Shown here one piece after another: positions 10,699 through 19,982 of a DNA stretch of 64,000 bases. This DNA comes from a virus. Lineage: Duplodnaviria > Caudoviricetes. Below the pieces are notes generated by a model. That model saw only the letters and a program-made list of their open reading frames with translations, searched no databases and was not told the origin of the DNA. The stretch lies in the IMG/VR virus record IMGVR_UViG_3300013121_000020, positions 192,001 through 256,000 of that record, one strand, 5' to 3'. The translations under genes and the position numbers were made by a program. Within the stretch, counting starts at the first letter, position 1; every line of letters begins with the position of its first letter.

Positions 10699-11703
10699 AT
10701 GTCGCGAACCACTTTGACCACCATCGCCACAAAATCAAAAGTGATCACCAAGTCAGGATTTAATGGTTATGATGCTTGCATCAACCCATATGTTGGCTGC
10801 GAATTTGGTTGCAGTTATTGCTATGTGCGATTCTTTGTTAAAGATGAGCAGAAGCCATGGGGCGAATTTGTACGTGTTCGTAAGCATATTGAGGATAGAC
10901 TACCAAAAGAATTAAACAAAGGATTTATCGACATTGTTGATGGTAGAGATACTATCACAAACGATGATGGTAACACGCATACGAGGCCGCATCACAAACA
11001 TCTACCAATCTCTGAAACACGATTAGTGCTTGGCACAATGACTGATCCATATCAACCTAAAGAAGTTAAATACCGAATTACTAGAAAAATCTTGCAAATC
11101 TTAACACAACCGAACATGCCACAATTTAAAAAAGTTGGGTTGTTTACTCGTAGTCCATTAGTTTTGCAAGATCTAGAATTGATTAAAAAACTTCCAAAGG
11201 CTCGTATCCACTTCACAATTACATTATTTCCACCAAAAGCGATGCGTGCTATTGAACCGCTTTCATCATCAATTGAACAACGATGGAAAGTTGTTCAAAA
11301 GCTTAAGGAAGCAGGACTCCGTGTGCATGTTAATATTAGTCCTGTAATGCCAGGAATGTCGGAAGATTGTATAGAGGAATCAGTTCGCAAGCTGTGTGAA
11401 TTGCAAATTGATGAATATTTTGTTGACCCAATGCAACCATATAAAGATAGTTTCCAAGCATTTCGCGATGCTTGTAGCAGCTTAATCGACATTGATTGGC
11501 CGGAAATTGAAAGAATTATGACAAATAGAGATTTATATCTAGATTGGAAATTTGAATTCTTTCAACGATGGAACAACGCTCGAAAAACTGTGCAACATCA
11601 TGCACCAAATCAATTACCGATCTGGTGTGATCATGAAAATGATGTGTGGGTTAATATGCTTACTGGCGAACAGATGAATTCGAGGAATTATAGTGACATG
11701 TAA
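10699..11703 (+). CDS. Radical SAM protein, spore-photoproduct-lyase-like family
   Basis: INPYVGCEFGCSYCY (CxxxCxxC), GTMTDPYQPxE, TRSPLV, PVMPG. Confidence 0.85.
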   Translation: MSRTTLTTIATKSKVITKSGFNGYDACINPYVGCEFGCSYCYVRFFVKDEQKPWGEFVRVRKHIEDRLPKELNKGFIDIVDGRDTITNDDGNTHTRPHHKHLPISETRLVLGTMTDPYQPKEVKYRITRKILQILTQPNMPQFKKVGLFTRSPLVLQDLELIKKLPKARIHFTITLFPPKAMRAIEPLSSSIEQRWKVVQKLKEAGLRVHVNISPVMPGMSEDCIEESVRKLCELQIDEYFVDPMQPYKDSFQAFRDACSSLIDIDWPEIERIMTNRDLYLDWKFEFFQRWNNARKTVQHHAPNQLPIWCDHENDVWVNMLTGEQMNSRNYSDM

Positions 11704-11844
11704 TATCGTCTGTTGTGTCTGTGGGTGAATCATCTTTCACCCATATTTTCTTATCTTCATCCCAATAATATCCTGGAGGAGGCGTCATTGAACCTTCACC
11801 ACGCAAAACCAATTCTGTAAATGATATCATTTGAAAATCCAATG

Positions 11845-12258
11845 TTATGACATAGTTGCTGGCAATGTTGATATAGCTACAGTACCGCCCTTTATGAAAT
11901 TAACATGATCAAATTCAATATCACTATTTGATCCAATCACACCAATATCTCCATCAAAAACTGCATCACCATTTCGATTATAGACACGAAACCATGATGC
12001 TACTCCGTTATTGGCAATATTTGTGTCGTGCGCGATTGTGTTTGCGCTTGTTTGGCCATTAGCAAAATCACCAAATGCGGGATATGAGAACCAGCAAGTT
12101 GCTAAAAGATTGCCAGATGCTGTTACTTGTGGTGATGATGGTCGAGTTCCATCACGAATTTCAATATATCCACTATCATGAAGAGTTCCAATATCTATTA
12201 AATCAACAATAGAATTACCAGCACTGTTGCGAGCAATAGTTGCTAATGATATTGTCAT
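11845..12258 (-). CDS. Probable virion structural protein
   Basis: Pattern IEIxDGTRP..GxASWFR..VFDGxxG typical of phage tail-region proteins; co-oriented with the Gly-rich gene. Confidence 0.5.
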   Translation of the reverse strand: MTISLATIARNSAGNSIVDLIDIGTLHDSGYIEIRDGTRPSSPQVTASGNLLATCWFSYPAFGDFANGQTSANTIAHDTNIANNGVASWFRVYNRNGDAVFDGDIGVIGSNSDIEFDHVNFIKGGTVAISTLPATMS

Positions 12259-12364
12259 TTATGTTCTCCTAATGGCGGCGTTTTCGTTTTTGTGACTTGT
12301 ATTTTCTTTGTTCGTAGTTTTTTCTGCATTAGCCTTCTGACTTGTTGCAGTTGTTTGTGTTTGA

Positions 12365-13279
12365 TTATTTACCTTTCCCCCATTGACCATTGGTTTTCAA
12401 CACTCCACGGTTTAATTTTCTAATTTCTTTGTAAGTTGGAGTATTGTTAGTTGTGGTGTCAGTTGTTCCGGAACCTTCAACATGAAATCCATCAAACACT
12501 ATATCACCAACACCAGTATATGTTGGTGGTTTCAATAACATATTTGTAGTGTGAGTTTTTGTTAAACTTGCTTTGGTTGCTAAATTGGTGGTGTGGTTTT
12601 TTGAAACAGTGTTGACAGCTGGTGTAAAATAAATTTCTACTCTACCATCTGCTCCATTACCGCCCATTCCAATAGTCGCACCACCTCCGCTGCCGCCGCC
12701 ACCGGGAGAAGTGCCATTATTGCCATTTTGACCAGAGTTTCCACCATTACCACCAGGACCAGCTTCATTACTCCCAGAACCTCCAAGACCACCAGTTGAG
12801 CCAGATGAATTTTCTCCTGGGTTTCCTTCACCATCCGGACTACCAGATTCGCCACCACCACCACCACCACCACCAGAGTGTCCAGTTCCACCAGAGCCAC
12901 CAAGTGCTGGCGGATGTGGTGTAAGTCCGCCAGTGTTAGAAACATCACCCCAATCACCACCACCAGCACCGCCGCCACTTCCCGATTGCCCACCATATGC
13001 CTTTACTTCTGTGCCAGCACCAGAATGCGTGATTTGACTTAATCCACCATTGAGTGTTAATGATGTTCCTCCAGAACCTACAGTATAGTCAATATATTCA
13101 TCAGCTAAGATTGAATAGGTTGCTCCAGCGAATGATCCTCCGCCACCTCCACGCCCGCCACCACCAAGGCCACCTTCTTGACCATATCCACCACCACCCC
13201 AAGCATATACAACAACTACTCCATCTCCAGATGGATACCATGTACCGCTTCCGGGAGTAGTAAAAATGTCAACGCTCAC
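12365..13279 (-). CDS. Glycine-rich tail/virion protein
   Basis: FTTPGSGTW..AWGGGG..GGGG..GADGRVEI Gly-rich domain. Confidence 0.65.
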   Translation of the reverse strand: MSVDIFTTPGSGTWYPSGDGVVVVYAWGGGGYGQEGGLGGGGRGGGGGSFAGATYSILADEYIDYTVGSGGTSLTLNGGLSQITHSGAGTEVKAYGGQSGSGGGAGGGDWGDVSNTGGLTPHPPALGGSGGTGHSGGGGGGGGESGSPDGEGNPGENSSGSTGGLGGSGSNEAGPGGNGGNSGQNGNNGTSPGGGGSGGGATIGMGGNGADGRVEIYFTPAVNTVSKNHTTNLATKASLTKTHTTNMLLKPPTYTGVGDIVFDGFHVEGSGTTDTTTNNTPTYKEIRKLNRGVLKTNGQWGKGK

Positions 13280-13333
13280 ATCTGCTCCATACGATATAAT
13301 TCAATTTAGATCTCGCTCTATTCTTAGAAAATA

Positions 13334-13582
13334 TCAATCGGATACTTTTTGCCAGACCGCAACAATTCCGTATTCTTTACGACTTATAACCTTTTTGTAT
13401 AAGGCGTTAGTGACGGCATTGTAATAAAAATCGTCACGATGGGTAGACGGGTCTGGTTCAAACGCAGTTGGCTCAATAATGGTTGCTCCAAAACATTCGA
13501 GAAACCATACTGGATCATGTCCAGGTGATGGTGTACCACGTCTAGCAAACAGATCAGTAAGAAAATCAGTTTGTACGCTCAT
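13334..13582 (-). CDS. Hypothetical protein
   Basis: ORF, start refined to MSVQTDF. Confidence 0.55.
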   Translation of the reverse strand: MSVQTDFLTDLFARRGTPSPGHDPVWFLECFGATIIEPTAFEPDPSTHRDDFYYNAVTNALYKKVISRKEYGIVAVWQKVSD

Positions 13583-13656
13583 AAAATCGATCCAATATTG
13601 GCATGTATTTGAGTTTTTGCGATTTACTAGTATCACCCATAGATAACGAGTGTGTC

Positions 13657-13887
13657 ATGTTTGAACCATCGCGTCCAGCTTTTTGTGTTAATGAACCGTT
13701 CCAAGGCGTTGTTGTCGTTCAGATGAACCAGCAATTTAGTAGACTATTGCAAGAGTTCATCGACGAAATTAACAATTCAGTAAAAGTTGATAGTGAAATT
13801 TGGGCACTACGTCGTGCCCTAGCAGATCCTGCTGGTAGTCGTGATTCTCGTGATGCTAAGAGATATCGGCAACGAAACAATAATTAA
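13657..13887 (+). CDS. Hypothetical protein
   Basis: ORF from ATG 13657. Confidence 0.5.
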   Translation: MFEPSRPAFCVNEPFQGVVVVQMNQQFSRLLQEFIDEINNSVKVDSEIWALRRALADPAGSRDSRDAKRYRQRNNN

Positions 13888-14229
13888 TTATTGTTTCAGT
13901 AATTTCTTTAATAATTCTGTCTTTTCCTCTGAAGACAGATTATTTAAGAATGCATCAATATCTAGTTTTTTATTTTCTATGATAGGTGCATTTGCAAATC
14001 GTCTTATATTTATGATCGACAAAATAGCATCATCTCTAGTTGTGAATCCTTTTGGGGATTTTATTAGCGTATCGCGGCCATTTTGCAATGTCCACCACCA
14101 CATGTGGTTTGTATCTTGTGTCAATTCATAATAAGTGGAAGGTTTTAGAATATAATATTGAACTTTTGTTTGGGCTGAAATCATCGTGCCTGTCAATAAA
14201 ATGCTTAACGCTAAGATGAATTTGTACAT
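13888..14229 (-). CDS. Secreted protein with a YegP/DUF1508-like segment
   Basis: Signal peptide; WWWTLQNGRxxLIxSxKGFTTRDDAIxSI. Confidence 0.5.
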   Translation of the reverse strand: MYKFILALSILLTGTMISAQTKVQYYILKPSTYYELTQDTNHMWWWTLQNGRDTLIKSPKGFTTRDDAILSIINIRRFANAPIIENKKLDIDAFLNNLSSEEKTELLKKLLKQ

Positions 14230-14665
14230 GCCATACCTCTTGTGTTAATAGTGCTATATTAAGTTTGGTTAAGGATCTATTTATGGTTGCAATTGATTTT
14301 AATATTTTACAAGTCAAATACCATGATTATGCTGTTGTATTTACAGCATTACGTGAGTGGTTTGATACAAATTTTGATAAACATCACATTGAAGTTACTG
14401 AATTGGGTGATGCATTAAAACATATCAAACGTGTTGAGCTTGCATTTGCTATTGTCATAATGCTAGATGAAAAAATGTTAACAAAGACATATCGTCTTTG
14501 TTCTTCAAATGGTTATTTAGATTGTGAGTTTGACAGTATTGATGATATATTTGACAAACTAACAACAAATGCAACCGTTCATAAATTCAAGCATTCGTTT
14601 GGATCGGTTAAATTGTGTTTTACTGAGAATGAATTAAGCGAATTGAAGTTAGTTACAATACTTAA

Positions 14666-15082
14666 ATGGTAATTACTATGGACACCACCGACATTGGTGG
14701 ATTCATTTATGAAAAAGAGGCTGAGTTAGCATATAAATATTTAGCTGAAATTGAAAAAGCGGCTACATGGTGCAAGGCAAAATATCCACATAGATTCCAA
14801 TTTTTAAATGAGATGAGAGATCTTTTGGTAAAAGAGGAAAAACATTTAAATAAATTTAGATTGTTTAACACAAATCCACAATCTGTATTAACAATACTTA
14901 CTCCATCGCAGGCACTGCGGTTATTAGAAGCATATAAACGTGCTGTTGCAAATGATCCAAAAATTTGGCACGCAAAAAGATTAGAAGATATATTAGCACT
15001 TGAAGCTGATAAACGCCGTGACGCTGTAATTTTAGAAATTCGAGAAGAATATAAACGTCGAAACACAAATAACGGAAAATAA
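14666..15082 (+). CDS. Hypothetical protein
   Basis: ORF in a tightly packed + strand run. Confidence 0.55.
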   Translation: MVITMDTTDIGGFIYEKEAELAYKYLAEIEKAATWCKAKYPHRFQFLNEMRDLLVKEEKHLNKFRLFNTNPQSVLTILTPSQALRLLEAYKRAVANDPKIWHAKRLEDILALEADKRRDAVILEIREEYKRRNTNNGK

Positions 15083-15083
15083 T

Positions 15084-15344
15084 ATGGAATCAATTCCAAT
15101 GCGGTTACTTTGTCCTAGTTGTGGTGCACTTCATATTGATGAAGGTGAATTTGCAACCAAAGTCCATCATACTCATGCATGTCAATTTTGTGGTATGGTT
15201 TGGCGACCAGCAGTTGTTCCAACTGTTGGTGTGCGTTTTTTGCCTGGGTTTAAAAATGATACAGATGATTCTTCAAAAAATGTTGAAACTGTTGTGGCTG
15301 AATTGGATGGTTATCAGGTTTGTATTCGCAAATATAAATCATGA
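15084..15344 (+). CDS. Zn-ribbon protein
   Basis: CPSCG...HHTHACQFCG. Confidence 0.6.
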   Translation: MESIPMRLLCPSCGALHIDEGEFATKVHHTHACQFCGMVWRPAVVPTVGVRFLPGFKNDTDDSSKNVETVVAELDGYQVCIRKYKS

Positions 15345-15532
15345 AACTACAATTAATCAGTGAAATTCAACGCAAATCACCAACTACAAATTTGGATAGA
15401 TCTAATGTAACTGGTGTATATGGAGTAGCATCAATTAACGATTTCTTTCATTTGATTCATGATGGCGATGGCCACGGCCAAAGTGAGGAATCTGAAGATG
15501 AAATTGAAGAAATTGACAAGAACGTTGAGTGA
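15341..15532 (+). CDS. Small acidic protein, possible internal head protein
   Basis: N-terminus MKLQLISE; acidic tail. Confidence 0.4.
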   Translation: MKLQLISEIQRKSPTTNLDRSNVTGVYGVASINDFFHLIHDGDGHGQSEESEDEIEEIDKNVE

Positions 15533-15878
15533 TGGAAGCCCAGATGGAATTATGTATTTATTTTGGTGTCCGGCCTGTAAAACACTCCACTCATATATAT
15601 GTGAACGTCCTAAAGGACGGTCTCCAAATTGGACTTTTAATGGCGATGAAAATAATCCAACATTTTTAAATTCTTTATTGATTAGTTGTCCAACGGTCAA
15701 AAAAAGTTTTGATTATAATAATGGCAATCCGAAATATCCACAAGATTATGATGATAATATGATATGCCATTTATTTATTAAAAATGGACGTATTGAGTAT
15801 TGTACAGATTGTCCACACGAATTTGCTGGAAAAGTGGTTGATCTATCAGACATACCGCTTGAATATGAATCTGACTAG
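15459..15878 (+). CDS. DUF6527-like Cys/His-rich protein
   Basis: FWCPAC..H, WTFNGD..PTF..S, CHLFIKNGRIEYCxDCxH; true start probably downstream. Confidence 0.65.
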   Translation: MMAMATAKVRNLKMKLKKLTRTLSDGSPDGIMYLFWCPACKTLHSYICERPKGRSPNWTFNGDENNPTFLNSLLISCPTVKKSFDYNNGNPKYPQDYDDNMICHLFIKNGRIEYCTDCPHEFAGKVVDLSDIPLEYESD

Positions 15879-15893
15879 CATTTGGGTGACCAT

Positions 15894-16355
15894 ATGAAAT
15901 TTGTAATGTGTATTATATACTTGTTATTTGTAAATTGCGCAATTGCAGATGAATTAATTTCACATCCAACAATTAAAGAAATGTTTGCAAAAAATAATGA
16001 ATTGCGCACTAGGGAAGGTTTATCTAACCACATCATATCAGAAATATTGACAAAAGCTGCTCAAGACCATGCATGGTATATGGCACGTAGCCATAACAAT
16101 GGCAAGGAAGATTTTAATCATTGTGGTGGTAATGGAACACCAGGACAACGCGCTGCAAAATTTGAGTATAGTGGCTTTGTTAATGAAAACATAGCGCGTG
16201 GCTATCGATCAGTTCCACAAGTATTTTCAGCTTGGGAGAATAGTAAAGGTCATAGAAATGCTATTTATAGTGATACTAGAGAAGTCGGATTTGGATATGC
16301 CATAGCTAAAGATGGAACAACTTATTGGGTTGCAATATATGGTAAACAACAATAA
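15894..16355 (+). CDS. Secreted CAP/SCP domain protein
   Basis: NELR..GL, AAQDHAWYMA, ENIARG, WxxSxGHRxxI, VGFG, YWV. Confidence 0.85.
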   Translation: MKFVMCIIYLLFVNCAIADELISHPTIKEMFAKNNELRTREGLSNHIISEILTKAAQDHAWYMARSHNNGKEDFNHCGGNGTPGQRAAKFEYSGFVNENIARGYRSVPQVFSAWENSKGHRNAIYSDTREVGFGYAIAKDGTTYWVAIYGKQQ

Positions 16356-17322
16356 GCAACATGAAATTGATCTTAGATTAAATGATAGTGATCGTAATCC
16401 AGCTTCTGAAACCATATTGACAATTATTAGAGAATGGCTTATTGAAACATTTCCATTATTGAATGTTTCATCTATTGAATTGCGTGACATACAGTTTATG
16501 ATTTATAACACATTAAGTCTGTCTCGATTTCCAATATTGACTCGCCACGGCGAACTCATGTTATTCTTAAAAATGAACTATGCGAAATATATGTTAACTA
16601 AATGCAATAACGCACAAATACCGTATTATATGAAACTTGCGTCAGAAGCTAGGAATCAAATTGCTGAACACAATCTTCGTCTAGTGGTGTCGATTTCAAA
16701 ATCGATGATCCCAACTGACATTGATGACATGATAAGTGAGGGTAATATTGCACTATTGCAGGCAGTAGATGCTTTCGATGTTGAACGAAAAAACATGACT
16801 GGTGGCACAAACAAATTTAGCACATATGCAACAGTAGTTATTATGAGAAATCTGCGGCGGGTTAAACAAGTACGCCCCAAAGTGCCAACATTACCAATAG
16901 ATGAAATTGATGAAGTTCAGAGCAAGACTGATGAAGACATGCGTGACACTTATGAAAAAATCGGACACATTTTACGTATCGTAAACAATCGCCACATCTT
17001 AACACAGCGTGAAAAGGATGTTATTTTATACTATTATGGTATTGATCGGCAACAAATGACATTGTCAGAGATTGGAGTTAAATTTAAAGTCACTAAAGAA
17101 CGAATTCGTCAAATAAAAGAAAAGGCTATATCAAAAGTGCTGAACTCATACTTATCATCTGGTGAAACTGTTGACAAACCAGTTAAAACTCCAAATCGAC
17201 ACAACGATGTTGCAGCAATTATGGATGGTGTAGACGAGACCATCCGTATTTGGGAACACGAAGGCCGCACCAATGATGATATAATAAAAGAATTAGAATG
17301 TGTTCTTGGGATTGGTAAATGA
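16312..17322 (+). CDS. Sigma-70 family RNA polymerase sigma factor
   Basis: Region 2 NLRLVVSISK, EGNIALLQAVDAFD, KFSTYA; region 4 LTQREKDVI..TLSEIGxxFxVTKERIRQIKEKAI. Confidence 0.9.
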   Translation: MEQLIGLQYMVNNNKQHEIDLRLNDSDRNPASETILTIIREWLIETFPLLNVSSIELRDIQFMIYNTLSLSRFPILTRHGELMLFLKMNYAKYMLTKCNNAQIPYYMKLASEARNQIAEHNLRLVVSISKSMIPTDIDDMISEGNIALLQAVDAFDVERKNMTGGTNKFSTYATVVIMRNLRRVKQVRPKVPTLPIDEIDEVQSKTDEDMRDTYEKIGHILRIVNNRHILTQREKDVILYYYGIDRQQMTLSEIGVKFKVTKERIRQIKEKAISKVLNSYLSSGETVDKPVKTPNRHNDVAAIMDGVDETIRIWEHEGRTNDDIIKELECVLGIGK

Positions 17323-17945
17323 ATATCTCTGATATTGTTTATGAACATTTCCGACAGCAATTATTGGTGCGCAACATAGAACAAATAGGCGTCGTAGAAT
17401 ATCCACATAAAGACATTAGAAAAATTGCTGTTACACTTGGTTGTAATGTACCATTTCTAATTGTGACCATTAACAATACTGAATTGAAATTAGAGTCGTT
17501 ATATCCGCCACAACATTTATTTATGTTGTACAATGCACCTTTTTTACAATTATCAAAAAATCATAAAGCAAGGCGTGATGAATTATCTAAAATAATCGTG
17601 GATACTTGCACTAGTACCGAACAATATGTTCAATCTAGAGACGTTGAATATGATAGATTGTACTATAACGCAATTTGTTTGCAACAAAACATTGTAATCA
17701 ATCGACATTTTGATGAGTTTGGTAAACTTTACACTGCAATGTTTGACTTGGCAGAATCAACGTCTATTCCAAAAAGTGAATTTTATATTCACCACACTAT
17801 TACCAAATTTAAGTATTCAGTGACCAAAATTAGCGGTCACTTAAAATTGAAACAAACATTTAAATTATTCGATGTTTTTGATGATGCACGTAAAGAGTAT
17901 GAACGAAAAGTTTTACGACAATCGAGGATAAAATATGCTACATAA
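17319..17945 (+). CDS. Hypothetical protein
   Basis: 208-aa ORF overlapping the sigma stop codon. Confidence 0.55.
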   Translation: MNISDIVYEHFRQQLLVRNIEQIGVVEYPHKDIRKIAVTLGCNVPFLIVTINNTELKLESLYPPQHLFMLYNAPFLQLSKNHKARRDELSKIIVDTCTSTEQYVQSRDVEYDRLYYNAICLQQNIVINRHFDEFGKLYTAMFDLAESTSIPKSEFYIHHTITKFKYSVTKISGHLKLKQTFKLFDVFDDARKEYERKVLRQSRIKYAT

Positions 17946-18363
17946 ATTCAAGGTTTTTAACACTCACACGAGCGAACCAATCGCCATCATTGAAATGGAT
18001 GATAGTCTACTTCATCCAGATGCTGGTATACTTGATCATAGTGACCACACACTACGACCAATCAAGAATGGTAGCATTTATACATTATTGCCGATTGATG
18101 ATCGGGCGATTTCGATTATGAATCAATTGCGTGATGCTTACGATACTATTGATAGTAAACCGTCTAAAACATTGCACAATCATTTCAATAAACTTGATAT
18201 GTTAGTTCAAACTGTTTCTATGTTGTTTAATGATGTGGAATATATCATAGTAGAAAGTGCTGCGGATATTGAAAGCATTATTAATCCTAAATCAGATTAT
18301 CCTCACAAAAAAGTGAAATATAATGTATTTACTGATATTATTCAAAAATTATCTGATTCTTGA
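17935..18363 (+). CDS. Hypothetical protein
   Basis: 142-aa ORF. Confidence 0.55.
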   Translation: MLHKFKVFNTHTSEPIAIIEMDDSLLHPDAGILDHSDHTLRPIKNGSIYTLLPIDDRAISIMNQLRDAYDTIDSKPSKTLHNHFNKLDMLVQTVSMLFNDVEYIIVESAADIESIINPKSDYPHKKVKYNVFTDIIQKLSDS

Positions 18364-18906
18364 TAACTTCTTAATATATGATTCTTTGATTGTTCCATTT
18401 CTCATTTTGTTTATGGTTATTGGGGAAAGAACGTCTACTTTCCCCCGATTTTCTTCAAACTCATCTAAACGCTCATCGATCGTTTCAGGTGTATATTTTG
18501 TGGTTGAATTTAACGCAGCTTTAATTGGCATCCCATAATTGTCTAACACTTCTACATATTCCCACCATGGTGCCTTTGTAATTTCCCATAGGTCTGAGGT
18601 TTCATCGCATGGCAAGTTAATATATTGGTTTGAAGACAGCAATTGATCTATTTCTAATTTGTCGGATATAAGATCACTTGCTCCAAATACTGCAACTAAA
18701 TATGTGTCGTGTTGAGTTCCAATATCGGGCAGTTTTGCCATTATGTTCATTAAACGTCTATCACGCATTACATGCTGTATTCCCATATCTTCAACACGAA
18801 GATCTACCATACTACCACGGATTGGCCGCGTATATTTATTATTCTTACGTGCGAATAATACAATTTCTTTTGAGATATGTGGGAATTCTAATAATATCAT
18901 ATTCAC
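18349..18906 (-). CDS. Hypothetical protein
   Basis: 185-aa ORF with AAGGAG RBS. Confidence 0.6.
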   Translation of the reverse strand: MNMILLEFPHISKEIVLFARKNNKYTRPIRGSMVDLRVEDMGIQHVMRDRRLMNIMAKLPDIGTQHDTYLVAVFGASDLISDKLEIDQLLSSNQYINLPCDETSDLWEITKAPWWEYVEVLDNYGMPIKAALNSTTKYTPETIDERLDEFEENRGKVDVLSPITINKMRNGTIKESYIKKLSRIR

Positions 18907-19027
18907 TCCTTTTTTATATTTTTATCCGAAACAATGTAATCAAATATACTTGCGTTTGTTGTGATCACTATAGACGTATTTAAGATGCAGACACGAACCA
19001 ATGCGATGCTTGGTGTGTCATTAAATC

Positions 19028-19096
19028 AACCGCCTCAAACTTGAGAAACATACACTCATTTTGCCAGAGAAGAAGGTTTCTCTAACTTAGGCGGTT
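19028..19096 (+). ncRNA. Short Y-RNA-like RNA (candidate)
   Basis: AACCGCCT-CAAAC-TTGAGAAAC...GTTTCTCTA-ACTT-AGGCGGTT; same internal-loop motif as 19588..19713. Confidence 0.6.
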
Positions 19097-19100
19097 AATT

Positions 19101-19221
19101 GGGGGTCTAGGTTTTATTGCTTTCTGACTTTGACTAGCAATAGTCACAAACTAGAAAAGCATACAAACAACGGTAATTGCACCCACAAGGTGCATACCTG
19201 GTTCGAATCCAGGGACCCCCG
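19101..19221 (+). ncRNA. tRNA-like RNA (acceptor and T arm, no canonical D or anticodon arm)
   Basis: GGGGGTC/GACCCCC acceptor, CCTGG-TTCGAAT-CCAGG T arm, extra hairpins TGACTA/TAGTCA and TGCACC/GGTGCA. Confidence 0.6.
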
Positions 19222-19235
19222 CTTAGGTAATAAAG

Positions 19236-19541
19236 ATGTGGCGAACTGCTGAAGAAATCCTTGACGCCTTTAAGGTTACTGATTACGTTCATCAGCACCA
19301 CGCTTATAATTCAGGGGAGACCATCGGCTTTATTGATCGAGATGGTAGCGCTATTTGGTGGAGGCTTCATCCTGGATCGTTTTGGTATTTTGATGGACGT
19401 ACCGATGCTGGTTTCCTTCATAAGCAGACGCGCGAAACTGGCATTTGGCGATGCTGGTGGAAACGAAGAGAACGACTCGGTATTGATCAGCCGGTAAGTG
19501 TTAAAATGATCGATTTCGCAGTAGGGCCAGTGCTCAACTAA
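19236..19541 (+). CDS. Hypothetical Trp-rich protein
   Basis: 101-aa ORF between the RNA elements. Confidence 0.5.
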   Translation: MWRTAEEILDAFKVTDYVHQHHAYNSGETIGFIDRDGSAIWWRLHPGSFWYFDGRTDAGFLHKQTRETGIWRCWWKRRERLGIDQPVSVKMIDFAVGPVLN

Positions 19542-19585
19542 GCCTCATAAGCTTGGAATGTTAGGTGCGACACCTAATACTGCGA
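19517..19585 (+). tRNA. Atypical tRNA with CAT anticodon (Met/Ile2)
   Basis: CGCAGTA/TACTGCG acceptor, short D arm GGGC-CAGT-GCTC, CTAAGC-CTCATAA-GCTTGG anticodon arm, TTAGG-TGCGACA-CCTAA T arm. Confidence 0.55.
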
Positions 19586-19587
19586 CT

Positions 19588-19713
19588 GTCCGTTCCAAAC
19601 GTAATGAGCGTACAAACAATTTGCCTAATTGGTAAGGCAAGACTTTTCCAGTCTTAATACTGGTTCAATCCCAGTATTGTTACGTTGCTCATTAGACTTG
19701 AACGGACTTTTTT
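19588..19713 (+). ncRNA. Y-RNA-like RNA with an embedded tRNA-mimic domain
   Basis: GTCCGTTC/GAACGGAC terminal stem plus U6 tail, CAAAC/ACTT bulged helix, TAATGAGC/GCTCATTA stem, then D arm GCCT-AATTGGTA-AGGC, AAGAC/GTCTT arm, T arm ACTGG-TTCAATC-CCAGT. Confidence 0.7.
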
Positions 19714-19724
19714 AGGATAATACA

Positions 19725-19940
19725 ATGGCTCAACTTCACATTCGATTTGACGGTAGATCAATTGACATTGATCAGGAAAATATTGATGTCGGTCCGTTCA
19801 GCAGCGACGATCAAATCAGACGCGCAGTTGCTCAACATCTCAGTGTGCCAGAAGTAAAACTTCAAGCATTTGTCATTGATCGCAATTCTGAAACAGGAAA
19901 CATGACATTACGTCCAGAAGCCGTATTCGGTATTGCGTAA
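19725..19940 (+). CDS. Putative ubiquitin-like (beta-grasp) protein
   Basis: 71 aa, beta-beta-alpha-beta-beta pattern, C-terminal RPEAVFG-IA; same operon as E1 and JAB. Confidence 0.6.
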   Translation: MAQLHIRFDGRSIDIDQENIDVGPFSSDDQIRRAVAQHLSVPEVKLQAFVIDRNSETGNMTLRPEAVFGIA

Positions 19941-19982
19941 TTTAAAAAACCATAACTGAACAAACTACAGAGGTCCATATCA

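Noticed and set aside
12365-13279. CCA/CCG trinucleotide runs as DNA repeats
   Set aside because: Explained by poly-Gly codons on the - strand
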